Part shown: positions 9,743 to 18,360 of the stretch, one piece after another
Position numbering within the stretch: the first letter of the stretch is position 1
Layout of the letters: each line of letters begins with the position of its first letter
DNA from: Bdellovibrio sp.
GTDB taxonomy: Bacteria > Bdellovibrionota > Bdellovibrionia > Bdellovibrionales > Bdellovibrionaceae
NCBI GenBank assembly: GCA_014378765.1
Contig: JACMNA010000028.1
Location: forward strand, 6,565-70,564
Length of the DNA stretch: 64,000 bases
Direction of reading: 5' to 3'
The notes under the pieces: generated by a model
The model's input: only the letters and a program-made list of their open reading frames with translations
The model's database searches: none
What the model was told of the DNA's origin: nothing
Made by a program: the position numbers and the translations under genes

Positions 9743-10557
9743 AGGTTTTGCTCTCCGATTTGTTTCGACCATATTGGAAATATTTGTAGTGATAAGCCTT
9801 GAATGCAATTTGCATTTTTGGTTTGAGCGTAACGACTTAAAATAGCTAACATAGATTTACGAAGCTCAGCGTTCATTTTTGGTAAGTCAGCTTGATCGAT
9901 AGAATAGAATAGCGAGTGGCTGTCATAAGCTTCGCCTTCATTGTTTTGCAAGGCTTCCGTCGCCAAATTTAAAACTTGGGCGTGAAAAGCTTTAACGGCC
10001 GCCGACGTGCCTTCGTCGCCCGCATGACTGGTGCCGCTCTCGGGCTTGTAGCCTTGAGCTGTTTTTTTTAATAATTTAAGCTTTAATAAGCGGTCAATCG
10101 CCCTTTGCCCCGTACCTGATGCTAATTTAAGGTCTTTATTAATTTGTTGCGCGCTGAGGTGGTCTTGCATTTCGCACATTTCTAATATGACCAAGTGATA
10201 CCAATCACTAATTACCTTAAATACATCAAGCGATAACCCATGGCCCGATTCTTTAATGCGACTCTTAACTCGAATCATTGCTGATTGTCTGATCCCGGCA
10301 TCGCGCTCAAATTTCGCTTGAACTAAATCTCGAAAGTGTTCTTTGCGGGGAGCACTCCAGTTGAGCGAAAGCGCAATATTTTCAATGCGCTCTTCTGACA
10401 TACCAACGCGAGCTTTTAGAAAATCATTCAAGCTTGAAGGACTGACGGCAAGATCGCGGGCGAAGGCTCGCATCGAATAGGCGGGCCGCCGGACTTTTCG
10501 CAAATTGTGCTCGAAAACAATGTAATCGCGTGGATCTTTAAAATACAACTCGGTCAT
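9739..10557 (-). CDS. TIGR02147/DUF4423-like putative HTH regulator
   Basis: N-terminal HTH-like YSMRAFARDLAVSPSSLNDFLKARVGMSEE and the central SDWYHLVILEM motif typical of the TIGR02147 family expanded in Bdellovibrio and Fibrobacter. Confidence 0.55.
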   Translation of the reverse strand: MTELYFKDPRDYIVFEHNLRKVRRPAYSMRAFARDLAVSPSSLNDFLKARVGMSEERIENIALSLNWSAPRKEHFRDLVQAKFERDAGIRQSAMIRVKSRIKESGHGLSLDVFKVISDWYHLVILEMCEMQDHLSAQQINKDLKLASGTGQRAIDRLLKLKLLKKTAQGYKPESGTSHAGDEGTSAAVKAFHAQVLNLATEALQNNEGEAYDSHSLFYSIDQADLPKMNAELRKSMLAILSRYAQTKNANCIQGLSLQIFPIWSKQIGEQNL

Positions 10558-10599
10558 GAATTCATCTCTAGCAGAGTCTTAAAAAGGTTGTCTAGATTA

Positions 10600-10618
10600 A
10601 ACGTACACGGTGCACGTT
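10600..10618. promoter_or_regulatory. 19-bp near-perfect palindrome AACGTACACGGTGCACGTT
   Basis: 8 of 9 arm positions pair. Lies 43-61 bp upstream of the TIGR02147-like gene start and just downstream of the OsmC gene stop. No T-tract follows, so it is unlikely to be an intrinsic terminator. Confidence 0.35.
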
Positions 10619-10666
10619 CATGCTTGTGGTTTCGGCAAAACTCCATTACGAAGAGTAAACCCTCGA

Positions 10667-11092
10667 CTATGGATTTAACGCGTACGTGATTTCGCTTTTG
10701 ATTGAATTCAGAATAAAACCATCCCGAATCGTTTTGGCTACGATTGTATCAAGTCGATCGGGGCGATCTGCTTCGGTGATAAAAATATCAAGATGAATGG
10801 CTTTCATTAAAATCTTCTTTTGATCATTTTTATCCACAATTAACTTGCCCACAACGTGCAGTTCAGAAAAATTCATTTTCGAAAGTTTGGCGATGACTTT
10901 AAAGGTTCCGATAAAACAATTAATAGCAGCTTGTAAGAATAAATCTTCAGGAGAAAATCCACCACCAAGCCCGCCAAATTCTGTAGGTATGGCGCAAACC
11001 GAATGCGTTACACCCGAAGTAATAGTCCAGGGCTGATCAAAATTTTTATTAGCTTTAGCTTCAGAACGAAATTCAATCGGCATATTATCCAT
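10667..11092 (-). CDS. OsmC family peroxiredoxin-like protein
   Basis: GGLGGGFSPEDLFLQAAINCF plus a second half typical of the OsmC/Ohr fold. Confidence 0.8.
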   Translation of the reverse strand: MDNMPIEFRSEAKANKNFDQPWTITSGVTHSVCAIPTEFGGLGGGFSPEDLFLQAAINCFIGTFKVIAKLSKMNFSELHVVGKLIVDKNDQKKILMKAIHLDIFITEADRPDRLDTIVAKTIRDGFILNSIKSEITYALNP

Positions 11093-11504
11093 TTTTTAGC
11101 TCACAGTAGGGGCTGTCTTGACACTGACTTGCGTTTGCATATCTTGGTAAAAGTGGTCGGACGGCTACAAAGGCCGAATAGAAAACTTCAAGCCCCATTT
11201 TAAAAAACCGCTTGTTCGCAATTTTGGCTAAAAAATTATATTTCGGTAACACTTTCCATATTTCAATAAAAGCATCGACGCGGGTTAAGATGGTGCCATC
11301 GCTGCGCCGTACGTGCATTATCTTATGGATTTTGTGCGGATTTAAACCTTCTTGAGCCGCCTGAAATTGGCTGGAGCAGATGTCGATAAACTCAATTTGA
11401 TCTGCACCCACTTGCCTTTTATAGTGGTTGATTTCTTTACTGCACACTTTACAAAGCCCATCGTAATAAACTTTTAATTTTATTTGGTTTTTCATATTGT
11501 TCAT
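11085..11504 (-). CDS. DCC-family thiol-disulfide oxidoreductase (DUF393)
   Basis: VYYDGLCKVCSKEINHYKR (CxxC) is characteristic of the DCC family. Overlaps the OsmC start by 8 nt. An alternative ATG lies at 11495-11493. Confidence 0.75.
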   Translation of the reverse strand: MNNMKNQIKLKVYYDGLCKVCSKEINHYKRQVGADQIEFIDICSSQFQAAQEGLNPHKIHKIMHVRRSDGTILTRVDAFIEIWKVLPKYNFLAKIANKRFFKMGLEVFYSAFVAVRPLLPRYANASQCQDSPYCELKNG

Positions 11505-11522
11505 ACTACTGTGAACAATATG
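11493..11522. promoter_or_regulatory. 30-bp palindrome spanning both divergent start codons (CATATTGTTCA-N8-TGAACAATATG)
   Basis: Perfect 11-bp inverted arms at 11493-11503 and 11512-11522. The outer triplets are ATG codons, one for each divergent gene. Confidence 0.5.
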
Positions 11523-12029
11523 AAAAGTAAAGAAAAATCCTTAAAATCGGGTGCAAGCCTGCAGAGGCTGTCTCTTTCGGTTGGTAATTTTATCCGCTAT
11601 TGGGGGTTTAGAAGAATTCATGGCGCAGTATGGACGCAACTGTATCTATCTAAAACACCACTTAGCTGTGCGGATCTAACCAGAAAATTAGGTCTTTCTA
11701 AGTCATTAATTAGCCCAGCCCTTGAAGAGCTTTGTCAGTATCAACTTATTCGCGAAACGCCAGCGCCAAATAATAAGACCAAACTTTACGTGGCCAAAGA
11801 TAATATTAATGAAGTTATTAGGCATGTTTTAAGAACACGCGAAGCTAAAATTCTAAAGCAAATCACTCAAGATTTCTCGGCATTCAAAATCAGCGATGGC
11901 AATTCCGATCATTTAAATAAGCAGCGTGTGAATTCGCTCGAGGGCATGATTTTAGGGGCCAACACGATGCTTGAAATCATGTTAAGTCAGAATGACCTGA
12001 TGAACTTACCCCTGGATTTTGGCAAATGA
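11520..12029 (+). CDS. GbsR/MarR-family winged-helix transcriptional regulator
   Basis: GNFIRYWGFRRIHGAVWTQLYLSKTPLSCADLTRKLGLSKSLISPALEEL matches the GbsR-like MarR_2 pattern. The ATG at 11520 is preferred over the TTG at 11484. Confidence 0.6.
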   Translation: MKSKEKSLKSGASLQRLSLSVGNFIRYWGFRRIHGAVWTQLYLSKTPLSCADLTRKLGLSKSLISPALEELCQYQLIRETPAPNNKTKLYVAKDNINEVIRHVLRTREAKILKQITQDFSAFKISDGNSDHLNKQRVNSLEGMILGANTMLEIMLSQNDLMNLPLDFGK

Positions 12030-12451
12030 ATAATATTTTATTAATTCACGCATTTTCGTGTTGGTTTATGACAGGTGCAATCTGGCTGGTTCAAGTTTTG
12101 GTTTATCCCTTCTTTAGATTAGTTGGCGAAAAAGAATTTACCCCACTTCATCAGTTTCACATGAAGCAGATCACCTGGGTGGTAGCGCCTGTTATGTTGG
12201 TTGAGCTTGTCACTAGCGCATGGCTGCTTTACAGCAATAAAAATATTTTGTATCTATGCAATTTCGTTAGCGTTGGCAGCCTCTGGATTATGACGGCTTT
12301 TATCAATGTTCCGACGCACAATAAACTTAGATTTAGTGCCATTGATTCAAAATATAAATTGGTTAGCAACAATTGGCCCAGAACTGTAATTTGGACATTC
12401 CGATCACTTATTTTGATTCCAGGATTGTTTTGCATGGCCGGTCTACTATGA
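12026..12451 (+). CDS. small polytopic membrane protein (DUF1772-like)
   Basis: ATGA overlap with the regulator stop. Four TM segments. The W..V.VYPFF...H pattern resembles DUF1772. Confidence 0.4.
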   Translation: MNNILLIHAFSCWFMTGAIWLVQVLVYPFFRLVGEKEFTPLHQFHMKQITWVVAPVMLVELVTSAWLLYSNKNILYLCNFVSVGSLWIMTAFINVPTHNKLRFSAIDSKYKLVSNNWPRTVIWTFRSLILIPGLFCMAGLL

Positions 12452-12656
12452 TTGGCCCATTTAAGAAGGGTCAATAACTTCTGGCTTTCGCATATTTTGA
12501 AAGAAAAAATTGATTCTTTTACCCGTAATGATTTAGACCGGCTAATCCGCAGGGGGGTGGGTAGATCGATCAACGTTTGAATCTATCCAAAAAAATTTGG
12601 TTTATCCGAAAATAAATTTGTCAGGTTGATGCGTAGCCAACTTTCTGCCGCCGCCA

Positions 12657-12944
12657 TTGCTAGGTGGCGAAATCGTGCCCATCAGCAAGGTCAGCTTAAG
12701 CATGAAGTTAAGCGGGGATTCAAAACCACGCGATTTAAATCCACTCGACAAACGGTTGATGGAATTACTAAGGGTTGGCGGTGTCGATCAGCTACCAATT
12801 TCCAAACTGCTCGAGAAAATGATTCCATTAAGTGAAAATGGCGCTAGCCTATTTGCATCAGTTTGCGGTAAAAAATGCTTATCAAAATTATTACTGAGAA
12901 CTTTAGAAACAGTTGCATCGCAACGCGCGTCTTTTTTTAGATGA
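12657..12944 (+). CDS. doubtful small ORF (80-95 aa)
   Basis: Only sizeable ORF in the 494-bp gap. TTG at 12657 or ATG at 12702. Weak HTH-like LDKRLMELLRVGGVDQLPISKLLEKM. No clear Shine-Dalgarno. Confidence 0.2.
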   Translation: MLGGEIVPISKVSLSMKLSGDSKPRDLNPLDKRLMELLRVGGVDQLPISKLLEKMIPLSENGASLFASVCGKKCLSKLLLRTLETVASQRASFFR

Positions 12945-12945
12945 A

Positions 12946-13959
12946 TTACAGCAACAAATCTAAACCGCTAAGAATTTCATATGATCGCAGCCGATCTTCA
13001 ATGCGATAAAAATTTGAAGAAACGATTATTTCACTGGCACCCGTTAATTGAATAAGATGGCGTAGACCCTCTTGCGCCCGGGCCGGTCCGCCCACGACAA
13101 AAATTTGCAGCATATTTTTAACGGCATACTCTTCCTCGGTTGACCAGCGCCCCTGCATGCTTTCAACGGGCGCGATGGCTAAACGGGGTGTGCCGCGAAC
13201 TAAGTTTAAAAAAGATTGATACGTGGTCGTCGCTAAAAAATTTGCGGTTTTGTCATCATCAGCCGCGACAACCGGGCAACCGATCATAACGTAAGGTTTT
13301 GTGTAATCTTTTGAAGGTTGAAACTCATCACGATAAATTTTTAAGGCACTTAACATCATTCCGGGCGCAAAGTGGCCGGCAAATACGTAGGGCTGGCCCA
13401 AGCGCGCTGCTAAGTGGGCGCTGTAAAGTGAAGAACCTAATATATAAATGGGCAAATGCAATCCTGCGCCGGGAATGGCTTTTAATTTCTGGCCCGGAAT
13501 TATTTCTTTAAAATAATTCATCAGCTCTTCGATCATTTCGGCAAAGTCATCTTGATGCGGATCACGATTTCCACGAATTGCACGCGTAGCCGCACGGTCC
13601 GAACCCGGCGCGCGACCCAAACCTAAATCAATTCGTCCCGGATACAAAGTTTCTAAAGTTCCGAATTGTTCGGCGACAATAAGCGGGGCGTGGTTGGGCA
13701 ACATTATTCCACCGGAGCCTACGCGGATGGTTGAAGTTTTGGCGGCGATATGCGCAATGACGATACTGGTCGCCGCACTGGCGACTCCTTCAATGCTGTG
13801 ATGTTCGGCGATCCAAAATCTTTTGTACCCCCATTTTTCTGCGTGCTGCGCAAGCCGCGTGGATTCGTTAAATGCTTGCGCAATTGATTTTTCTTGATGG
13901 TACGGAACTAAATCTAAAACCGAAAGTGGAAAACGCACAACAAAGTCCTCCGTTAACAA
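12946..13959 (-). CDS. LLM-class flavin-dependent oxidoreductase (luciferase family, YhbW-like group 1)
   Basis: FWIAEHHSIEGVASAATSIVIAHIAAKTSTIRVGSGGIMLPNHAPLIVAEQFGTLETLYPGRIDLGLGRAPG is a near-consensus family signature. Confidence 0.85.
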   Translation of the reverse strand: MLTEDFVVRFPLSVLDLVPYHQEKSIAQAFNESTRLAQHAEKWGYKRFWIAEHHSIEGVASAATSIVIAHIAAKTSTIRVGSGGIMLPNHAPLIVAEQFGTLETLYPGRIDLGLGRAPGSDRAATRAIRGNRDPHQDDFAEMIEELMNYFKEIIPGQKLKAIPGAGLHLPIYILGSSLYSAHLAARLGQPYVFAGHFAPGMMLSALKIYRDEFQPSKDYTKPYVMIGCPVVAADDDKTANFLATTTYQSFLNLVRGTPRLAIAPVESMQGRWSTEEEYAVKNMLQIFVVGGPARAQEGLRHLIQLTGASEIIVSSNFYRIEDRLRSYEILSGLDLLL

Positions 13960-14063
13960 CTAGACCATTTAGTAAATTATTTTTTACCAGTTTTTCATTT
14001 TTCTTATAAATCAAGATTGATTAGACGCTTTATCAATATCAAATTACATTTAATGATTGTCAT

Positions 14064-14080
14064 ATTGTTTCTGAAACAAT
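14064..14080. promoter_or_regulatory. perfect palindrome ATTGTTTC-T-GAAACAAT
   Basis: 8-bp arms in the divergent LLM / KGG promoter region. It shares CATATTGTT and AACAAT with the palindrome at 11493-11522. Confidence 0.4.
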
Positions 14081-14272
14081 TGCGTATCTCCCCACTGGTT
14101 AAATGGGGCTAGTCCCATTTCTCCATTGATACAGAGCAGCCTGAGCCTTAAGGGGACCCTCATTGTTCTTCACCGATGGTCTTGCATTTGCAATTACAGC
14201 TTTTGACAGATCGATTAATAACGGTCGGGGCTTAGTACGACATAATTTAATTACTCAACACAGGAGAAAAAA

Positions 14273-14677
14273 ATGGCAAATCAAAACCAGCAAACTCAAG
14301 GCACGACATCAACTTCAAACCGTGGGTTTGCATCTATGGATAAAGAACTTCAGCGCCGAATAGCTAGTCAAGGTGGTCGGGCGGCCCATCAACAAGGTAC
14401 GGCCCATGAGTTCACCTCGGAAGAAGCACGTCTTGCAGGAAAAAAGGGTGGCGAGGCTGTAAGTCAAAACCGCGAACATATGGCTGCAATCGGTCGAAAG
14501 GGCGGCGCGGCCTCTGGTGGTTCACAAGCTAAAAACTCAAAAAATCAAAGTAAGAGTCAAATGCAAACAAACGATGCGGCTCCGGTGCAAGAAGCTACAC
14601 GTCCAGCCAATGAAGAAAGCGTAGAGGGTTTTCAAGAAGCAATCTCTAAAGAAGCAAAGCGCGCGCAAAATATTTAG
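14273..14677 (+). CDS. KGG-repeat general stress protein (YciG/Con-10-like)
   Basis: AGGAG Shine-Dalgarno. Repeated GGRAAHQQG / KKGGEA / RKGGAASGG KGG-type motifs. Confidence 0.75.
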   Translation: MANQNQQTQGTTSTSNRGFASMDKELQRRIASQGGRAAHQQGTAHEFTSEEARLAGKKGGEAVSQNREHMAAIGRKGGAASGGSQAKNSKNQSKSQMQTNDAAPVQEATRPANEESVEGFQEAISKEAKRAQNI

Positions 14678-14741
14678 CTAATATTTAGCTTTATTAGTTT
14701 ATAACTTGCTCGATCAACTCGGTACTGTTGTTGCGAGTTTA

Positions 14742-14772
14742 AGGATTAGCCGTAGGCTAGTCCTTTTTTTTT
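14742..14772 (+). terminator. rho-independent terminator
   Basis: AGGATTAGCC pairs with GGCTAGTCCT (one G-U pair), followed by TTTTTTTTT. Confidence 0.6.
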
Positions 14773-15664
14773 ATTGGTAGGGCTTAGGGTTGTTGCAAGC
14801 AAAGCGATTCTGTTGCAACCATTCTTTAACATTGCTGGCGACCGGCGCGCCTTCAAGATCAGCCCAAAGAAGCGGGCGCTGAGTTAATTGTAATGATTCG
14901 CTATTTGTTATTACCGTGCGTTCAGCTCCGGGCGAAAACAAACGTAAAAATAAAGTTTGAAATAAAATGCGATCTGCTCGCGAGTGCTGCGACTTAGCGG
15001 TAAAGTGGCGAATTGTGCCGGGCTCCATCCACTGATTCCTTAACATTAAGAACGCACGGGTCGAAGCTTGATTCTTCACGCAATCAAAATGCTCAGTCTT
15101 ATAATAATAGGCAATGACATCCACTTGTAATATGTCTTGAAAAATTTTTCGAACAAATTGATGGCAGCTGGCGGGTAAAACCTGGCCACTGTATTTAAAA
15201 AATTCATTTAATTTTAACGGACAACCAAAAGTGTTTAAAATACTTTGCACGTTCGGCGGAGGCACGGGCTGATAATCCATTTCTAAAACTTTCAAGTTAC
15301 TGGGAACAGAAATTTCGGTTAAGCGCCAATCGGCGCCTCCGTAATGGTAAGTGATGACGGGGTCGGCGGCCCCGTAAAGACCGGCGCCGTAAAAGTCGCG
15401 GTCATTCTTCGTTCCGTAAAGTTGCCAAAATTTCAGGGTATAATTTTTGGCCCAATCAGACTCTTTATCACCAAAGCTTTCCATGGGCATCCAATTGTAA
15501 ACCTTAAACGGCGAAGCTACGCGACTAACGCGTTGACCGTAAAATTCTATCGCCGGGGCAATATTGACGCCGTTAAGGGTTTCGGGCGCAAGTAAGTCTT
15601 GAGCCGGAGAAAATTGAAAAATTAAAAAACAGATGAACATTGCGATTGTGCTTAACTTGGCCAT
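14771..15664 (-). CDS. exported hypothetical protein
   Basis: Signal peptide MAKLSTIAMFICFLIFQFSPAQ. No family recognised. Confidence 0.5.
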   Translation of the reverse strand: MAKLSTIAMFICFLIFQFSPAQDLLAPETLNGVNIAPAIEFYGQRVSRVASPFKVYNWMPMESFGDKESDWAKNYTLKFWQLYGTKNDRDFYGAGLYGAADPVITYHYGGADWRLTEISVPSNLKVLEMDYQPVPPPNVQSILNTFGCPLKLNEFFKYSGQVLPASCHQFVRKIFQDILQVDVIAYYYKTEHFDCVKNQASTRAFLMLRNQWMEPGTIRHFTAKSQHSRADRILFQTLFLRLFSPGAERTVITNSESLQLTQRPLLWADLEGAPVASNVKEWLQQNRFACNNPKPYQ

Positions 15665-15746
15665 GGACGCAATGTCGAATAGACTGGGCCGATGTTCAAA
15701 TACTTAGTATAAATTGAAAAATATTACTTGGTTTAAGCAGCTGATG

Positions 15747-16229
15747 CTAGCGACGTGCTGCCCGCGAACCATCGCTAGAAACCGAAATGTCGCCCGATAC
15801 GCTGGCATCGCCTGAAACAGCGTGCAAAATATAAATAAATGATTTGCCCTGAAGGCCGATATCTAAATTAAGTCGGTCGAGAGTAACCGTAAACTTTGTT
15901 TTGGTTTCTTGATTTATTTGCATATCGGGATCTTCGCCGCACTTCATGTCGTTATTTGGGTTTAGCCAAACTACTTTTTGCCAAAGCACGTCGCCTTGAA
16001 TTTTGTAATCGGCCTTACGTTGGCAAAAACCTGTTTCGTCGGTGCGAAACCATTTTAAGTAAGCTTCACCCTTTTCGGTGAAGGTGAATCGTAAGTCTAA
16101 ATCAGGATTTGGTGCGGGCTGGATTTTATCTTCATATTTATATTCTAAAAATTGCCAAGTGCCAATGATGTTTCCGGCCTGAGCGATTTGAAAACTTAAG
16201 GCCGTTAGCATCAAAATAAAATATTTCAT
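15747..16229 (-). CDS. exported lipocalin-like domain protein
   Basis: Signal peptide ending QIAQA, then GTWQFLEYKY typical of lipocalin_4-like domains. ATGA overlap with the upstream protease-like gene. Confidence 0.45.
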   Translation of the reverse strand: MKYFILMLTALSFQIAQAGNIIGTWQFLEYKYEDKIQPAPNPDLDLRFTFTEKGEAYLKWFRTDETGFCQRKADYKIQGDVLWQKVVWLNPNNDMKCGEDPDMQINQETKTKFTVTLDRLNLDIGLQGKSFIYILHAVSGDASVSGDISVSSDGSRAARR

Positions 16230-17596
16230 AAGAAATCCCGGTCTTTCTTAAGCTGATTCAATTTTTTTAAATCATCTTCATTAAGTAAAACTTTACTTTG
16301 CTCGTTCAAGGCTAAATTAAAATCTTTAAAATCGGATGACGGGCCTAAGCGGTTTAATATGTGAATTCCCAAATTCAAAGCCTTTTCTTTCCCAATTAAA
16401 TTCTTAAGCTCCCAGAAAAAACTGCTGACAATCGCGCTATCGTGGTAAAGCGCGCCGGTGCGATCGTTCAGACCCAATTTCACCTCGACGCTGCGATTGT
16501 ATTCTGAAATTTGGTAAGAATTGTCAGCTAAGTACGGTGAATTTAAATAAAAGGTTGTAAAAAAATCGGCGAACCCTTCATTAATTGATCCCCCTTCGCC
16601 GGTGAAAGGCAGGCGCGCGATCGAATCAATCAGGGCGTGCGAAGTTTCGTGCATCACAATTGAGGGGTCCCAGGCCATTTTCGAAAACACTTTATCGTCG
16701 CCGGTGCCAAGGCGAATTTGATTTCTAAAGTAAAAGGCCGCATTGGTTTTTTCGGGGTATCCAACGTGCGTCATAATTTGTAATTTGAAAGGTCCGGCGA
16801 AGGTGATTTGTTGCTGAAACCACTCTAACATTTCGTGCGCAAAGTAGAAGGCTTGAACTTCGTCGAAGCGGTCATCCGTAACGGGGTATTCTAAATTGTT
16901 GGCGCTACCGGTAATGTGGTTGGTAGATTGTGACAGTACTTCTAAGAACGTGTCGGCCAAGCCTTCAGACTGAATTTTGCGACTGAGTAAAATAGGAGTT
17001 AGTACACTTTTCTTGGGCCCTTTTGGATAAGCCCATGATGGCGTTTCAACTAATCCGGCCAAGTGCGAGCCCACGGGCGTTGCCGAGATAAGGTGACCTT
17101 GCTTATCGAATGACACCGACGTAATAAATCCACGGGAAGATTCCGTCACTACATTAAGAACCGGCCGCAGCTGAAGGTTATTTATAAAAATAACTTCAAT
17201 TAACGAAATCAGTTTTACGCGTTTATACTCAGGATTTTTCTTAAGAAAAGAAGCCCAGCTTTTAGTTTTATGTTGATTCAAGTTTTTTGCATGGGCAATT
17301 GCCCTTGCCGATACATTATATACTAACGCTGAACTTTCAAAAACGACACCTTGATTTTTTATACTTACGGTTTTTAAGAACGAATTTTGTACTTTAAAAT
17401 CAGAAATAGTTTGCTGAGAAATTTGCACGTCTTCATCAGCCGAAGTCAAAGCTAAAGGGGCATCAGTTTTTATTTTTTCTGAATTGTTAAGTACGGGGCG
17501 CGCCCCCTCGCCACTCCACCGCGATGATTGCAGTGAGGCTCGGTAAGGGGTGCATGCAGCCAGAAATAGAATCCACAAAAGCGAAAACTTTTTCAT
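16226..17596 (-). CDS. lipoprotein, thermolysin-like (M4/M36-type gluzincin) metallopeptidase
   Basis: Lipobox LAAC. VMHETSHALIDSIARLPFTGEGGSINEGFADFF parallels thermolysin HELTHAV...GAINEAISDIF (HExxH plus a downstream Glu). Confidence 0.6.
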   Translation of the reverse strand: MKKFSLLWILFLAACTPYRASLQSSRWSGEGARPVLNNSEKIKTDAPLALTSADEDVQISQQTISDFKVQNSFLKTVSIKNQGVVFESSALVYNVSARAIAHAKNLNQHKTKSWASFLKKNPEYKRVKLISLIEVIFINNLQLRPVLNVVTESSRGFITSVSFDKQGHLISATPVGSHLAGLVETPSWAYPKGPKKSVLTPILLSRKIQSEGLADTFLEVLSQSTNHITGSANNLEYPVTDDRFDEVQAFYFAHEMLEWFQQQITFAGPFKLQIMTHVGYPEKTNAAFYFRNQIRLGTGDDKVFSKMAWDPSIVMHETSHALIDSIARLPFTGEGGSINEGFADFFTTFYLNSPYLADNSYQISEYNRSVEVKLGLNDRTGALYHDSAIVSSFFWELKNLIGKEKALNLGIHILNRLGPSSDFKDFNLALNEQSKVLLNEDDLKKLNQLKKDRDFL

Positions 17597-17635
17597 TTGA
17601 TTATGTTTCTAGTTAAGTTTTAAGATCTGAGAAAA

Positions 17636-18049
17636 TTACTTCTGTTCAACAACTAATTGCTTTTCGATGAACGTACCATCGTTACTCATGAAACGAAGAG
17701 TATGAGTTCCAGCGTCAAGTTGGCCCAGACGAACATCTTTTGAAAAGGGAACTAAAACCATTAAACACATACCCTGTCCAACGGTACCACTAGCGGTTAC
17801 TTCGTGTTCGAATTTAGTAACATCAGTACGAGTTGCACCTTTCCATTTATAGCAACCATTTGGAAATATACCGCTGATAACAACGTAAGCATCGGCTTTA
17901 GAATCAAAACCGCCCGGAATGTAGACTTCGTTAATTGCGACTGTTACATCTTTAGTCGTTGGTGAAACGACTTTTGTTGGGGCCGCTTGAACTTGTAAAC
18001 CAATTGCTAATGTCAGAACTGCGAAAAAAGGTGTTAATTTAGACGTCAT
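17636..18049 (-). CDS. exported hypothetical protein
   Basis: Signal peptide ending VQAAP. Beta-rich, 137 aa. Confidence 0.5.
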   Translation of the reverse strand: MTSKLTPFFAVLTLAIGLQVQAAPTKVVSPTTKDVTVAINEVYIPGGFDSKADAYVVISGIFPNGCYKWKGATRTDVTKFEHEVTASGTVGQGMCLMVLVPFSKDVRLGQLDAGTHTLRFMSNDGTFIEKQLVVEQK

Positions 18050-18360
18050 GTTTTGTCTCCTGTTTTATGATGGCCAACTTCAGTGTTGTGCTCCCTTTAC
18101 CTAAGCAAACACTAGACCAAAAAATTCTTTAGCTAAATCTTAATCATGCGTTCTGACAGCTTTTTTCAGAACAGCGGAGGCATTTTGTCCCGTTCGATTA
18201 AATGTAAGGGGCAGATCTGAAAAAAATTATTCGTAATTTTTTACTTACATGCAGATTAAAAATTAGGCGTAGTAGATTTATAGTGGAAATCAATTTTGGG
18301 TTATCGACCAAAAATATTTATTGGGCGTCCTTCTTGCATTTGCTTACGATCGAGGGCGTT

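Noticed and set aside
12626-12835. 69-aa highly basic ORF overlapping the 12657-12944 ORF in another frame.
   Set aside because: Arg/Lys-rich low-complexity translation with no start context. The gap may contain at most one real small gene.
14771-15664. FYGAGLYGAADP segment reminiscent of the PARP/ART YGxGxYFA motif in the exported 297-aa protein.
   Set aside because: No accompanying H-Y-E or R-S-E catalytic residues could be placed, and a single short motif is insufficient.
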